A DNA stretch of 35,483 nt. Origin: a virus (taxonomy: Duplodnaviria > Caudoviricetes). The DNA is taken from IMG/VR virus record IMGVR_UViG_3300012942_000541, positions 1-35,483 of that record; one strand, written 5' to 3'. The position numbers and the translations under genes were made by a program. Position 1 is the first letter of the stretch, and every line of letters begins with the position of its first letter. This document shows, piece by piece, positions 35,035-35,483 of this stretch. The notes under the pieces were generated by a model. That model was not told where the DNA came from and made no database searches. It was given only the letters and a program-made list of their open reading frames with translations.

Positions 35035-35402
35035 TTCTTTTCCTCCAGAGCGCGGCGATACGGAGCGATGGCGTCCTTTGCCAAGGTGCGTGGGTCGTTG
35101 TGGCCATCTGCGATCTTCTCCAGAACGGCGAAGAATCGCGATCCAGCCCATTCAAGACGTTGTTTCTGGTACCGGGCGTCCTCACGCTCCCGAGTCTCGC
35201 GCGTACGCTTCGCGACGACTTCCGGATCGTGCTGCTTGCAATAGGCACCGTCAGGGCCATGGCCGCGCTTTCGGGCGCATTGGCCCCAATGAGGCCAATT
35301 TCCAATATAGCGGGCCACTTCCTCGCAGCATCGCGTATAATCGGGCGGCCGCTTGGCAAGGTTGTCGCCATAGTGCTGCTTATAGCGGCTACTCCCCTGC
35401 AT
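35031..35402 (-). CDS. Hypothetical protein with a Cys3-His zinc-finger-like motif
   Basis: AGGAGG RBS; RCCEEV..QCARKRGHGPDGAYCKQH. Confidence 0.7.
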   Translation of the reverse strand: MQGSSRYKQHYGDNLAKRPPDYTRCCEEVARYIGNWPHWGQCARKRGHGPDGAYCKQHDPEVVAKRTRETREREDARYQKQRLEWAGSRFFAVLEKIADGHNDPRTLAKDAIAPYRRALEEKK

Positions 35403-35483
35403 CGGTTCCCTCCTTGGGGTCGAGGGCGGCGTTAGGCTTGCCGTATTCCTTGATCGTTGGGTGATGCTTAATCGCGCTCAGCC

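Larger units (their letters stand above)
1..35483. mobile_element. Temperate podovirus-like (P22-type head/ejectosome) phage genome segment
   Basis: Colinear terS-terL-portal-scaffold-capsid-adaptor-fibre-nozzle-ejection-lysis genes plus integrase; no tape measure, sheath or host housekeeping genes. Confidence 0.95.

Overview
About 35 kb of a temperate, short-tailed (P22/podovirus-type) phage, probably from a Rhizobiales or other alphaproteobacterial host (inferred from gene families and high GC). The + strand runs: putative late regulator, terS/terL, portal, scaffold, major capsid, decoration, adaptor, tail fibre and chaperone, nozzle, GNAT-like protein, three ejection proteins. An immI-like accessory island, a SAR-endolysin lysis cassette and a Panacea toxin-antitoxin moron follow. 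On the - strand lie thyX, DUF3310, an apparently intact attP, a tyrosine integrase, a xis-like gene and an HNH-AP2 endonuclease. The standout is at 25.0-27.2 kb: a repressor-controlled operon encoding a stand-alone Cas7/RAMP-like protein and a coupled partner. It is followed by a terminated non-coding array of 33 phased pentamers (GGY-like triplet plus variable NN), split into four units by GGCA tetramers. This looks like a non-CRISPR RNA-guided system with a gapped code. All family assignments are by motif recognition only; no searches were run.
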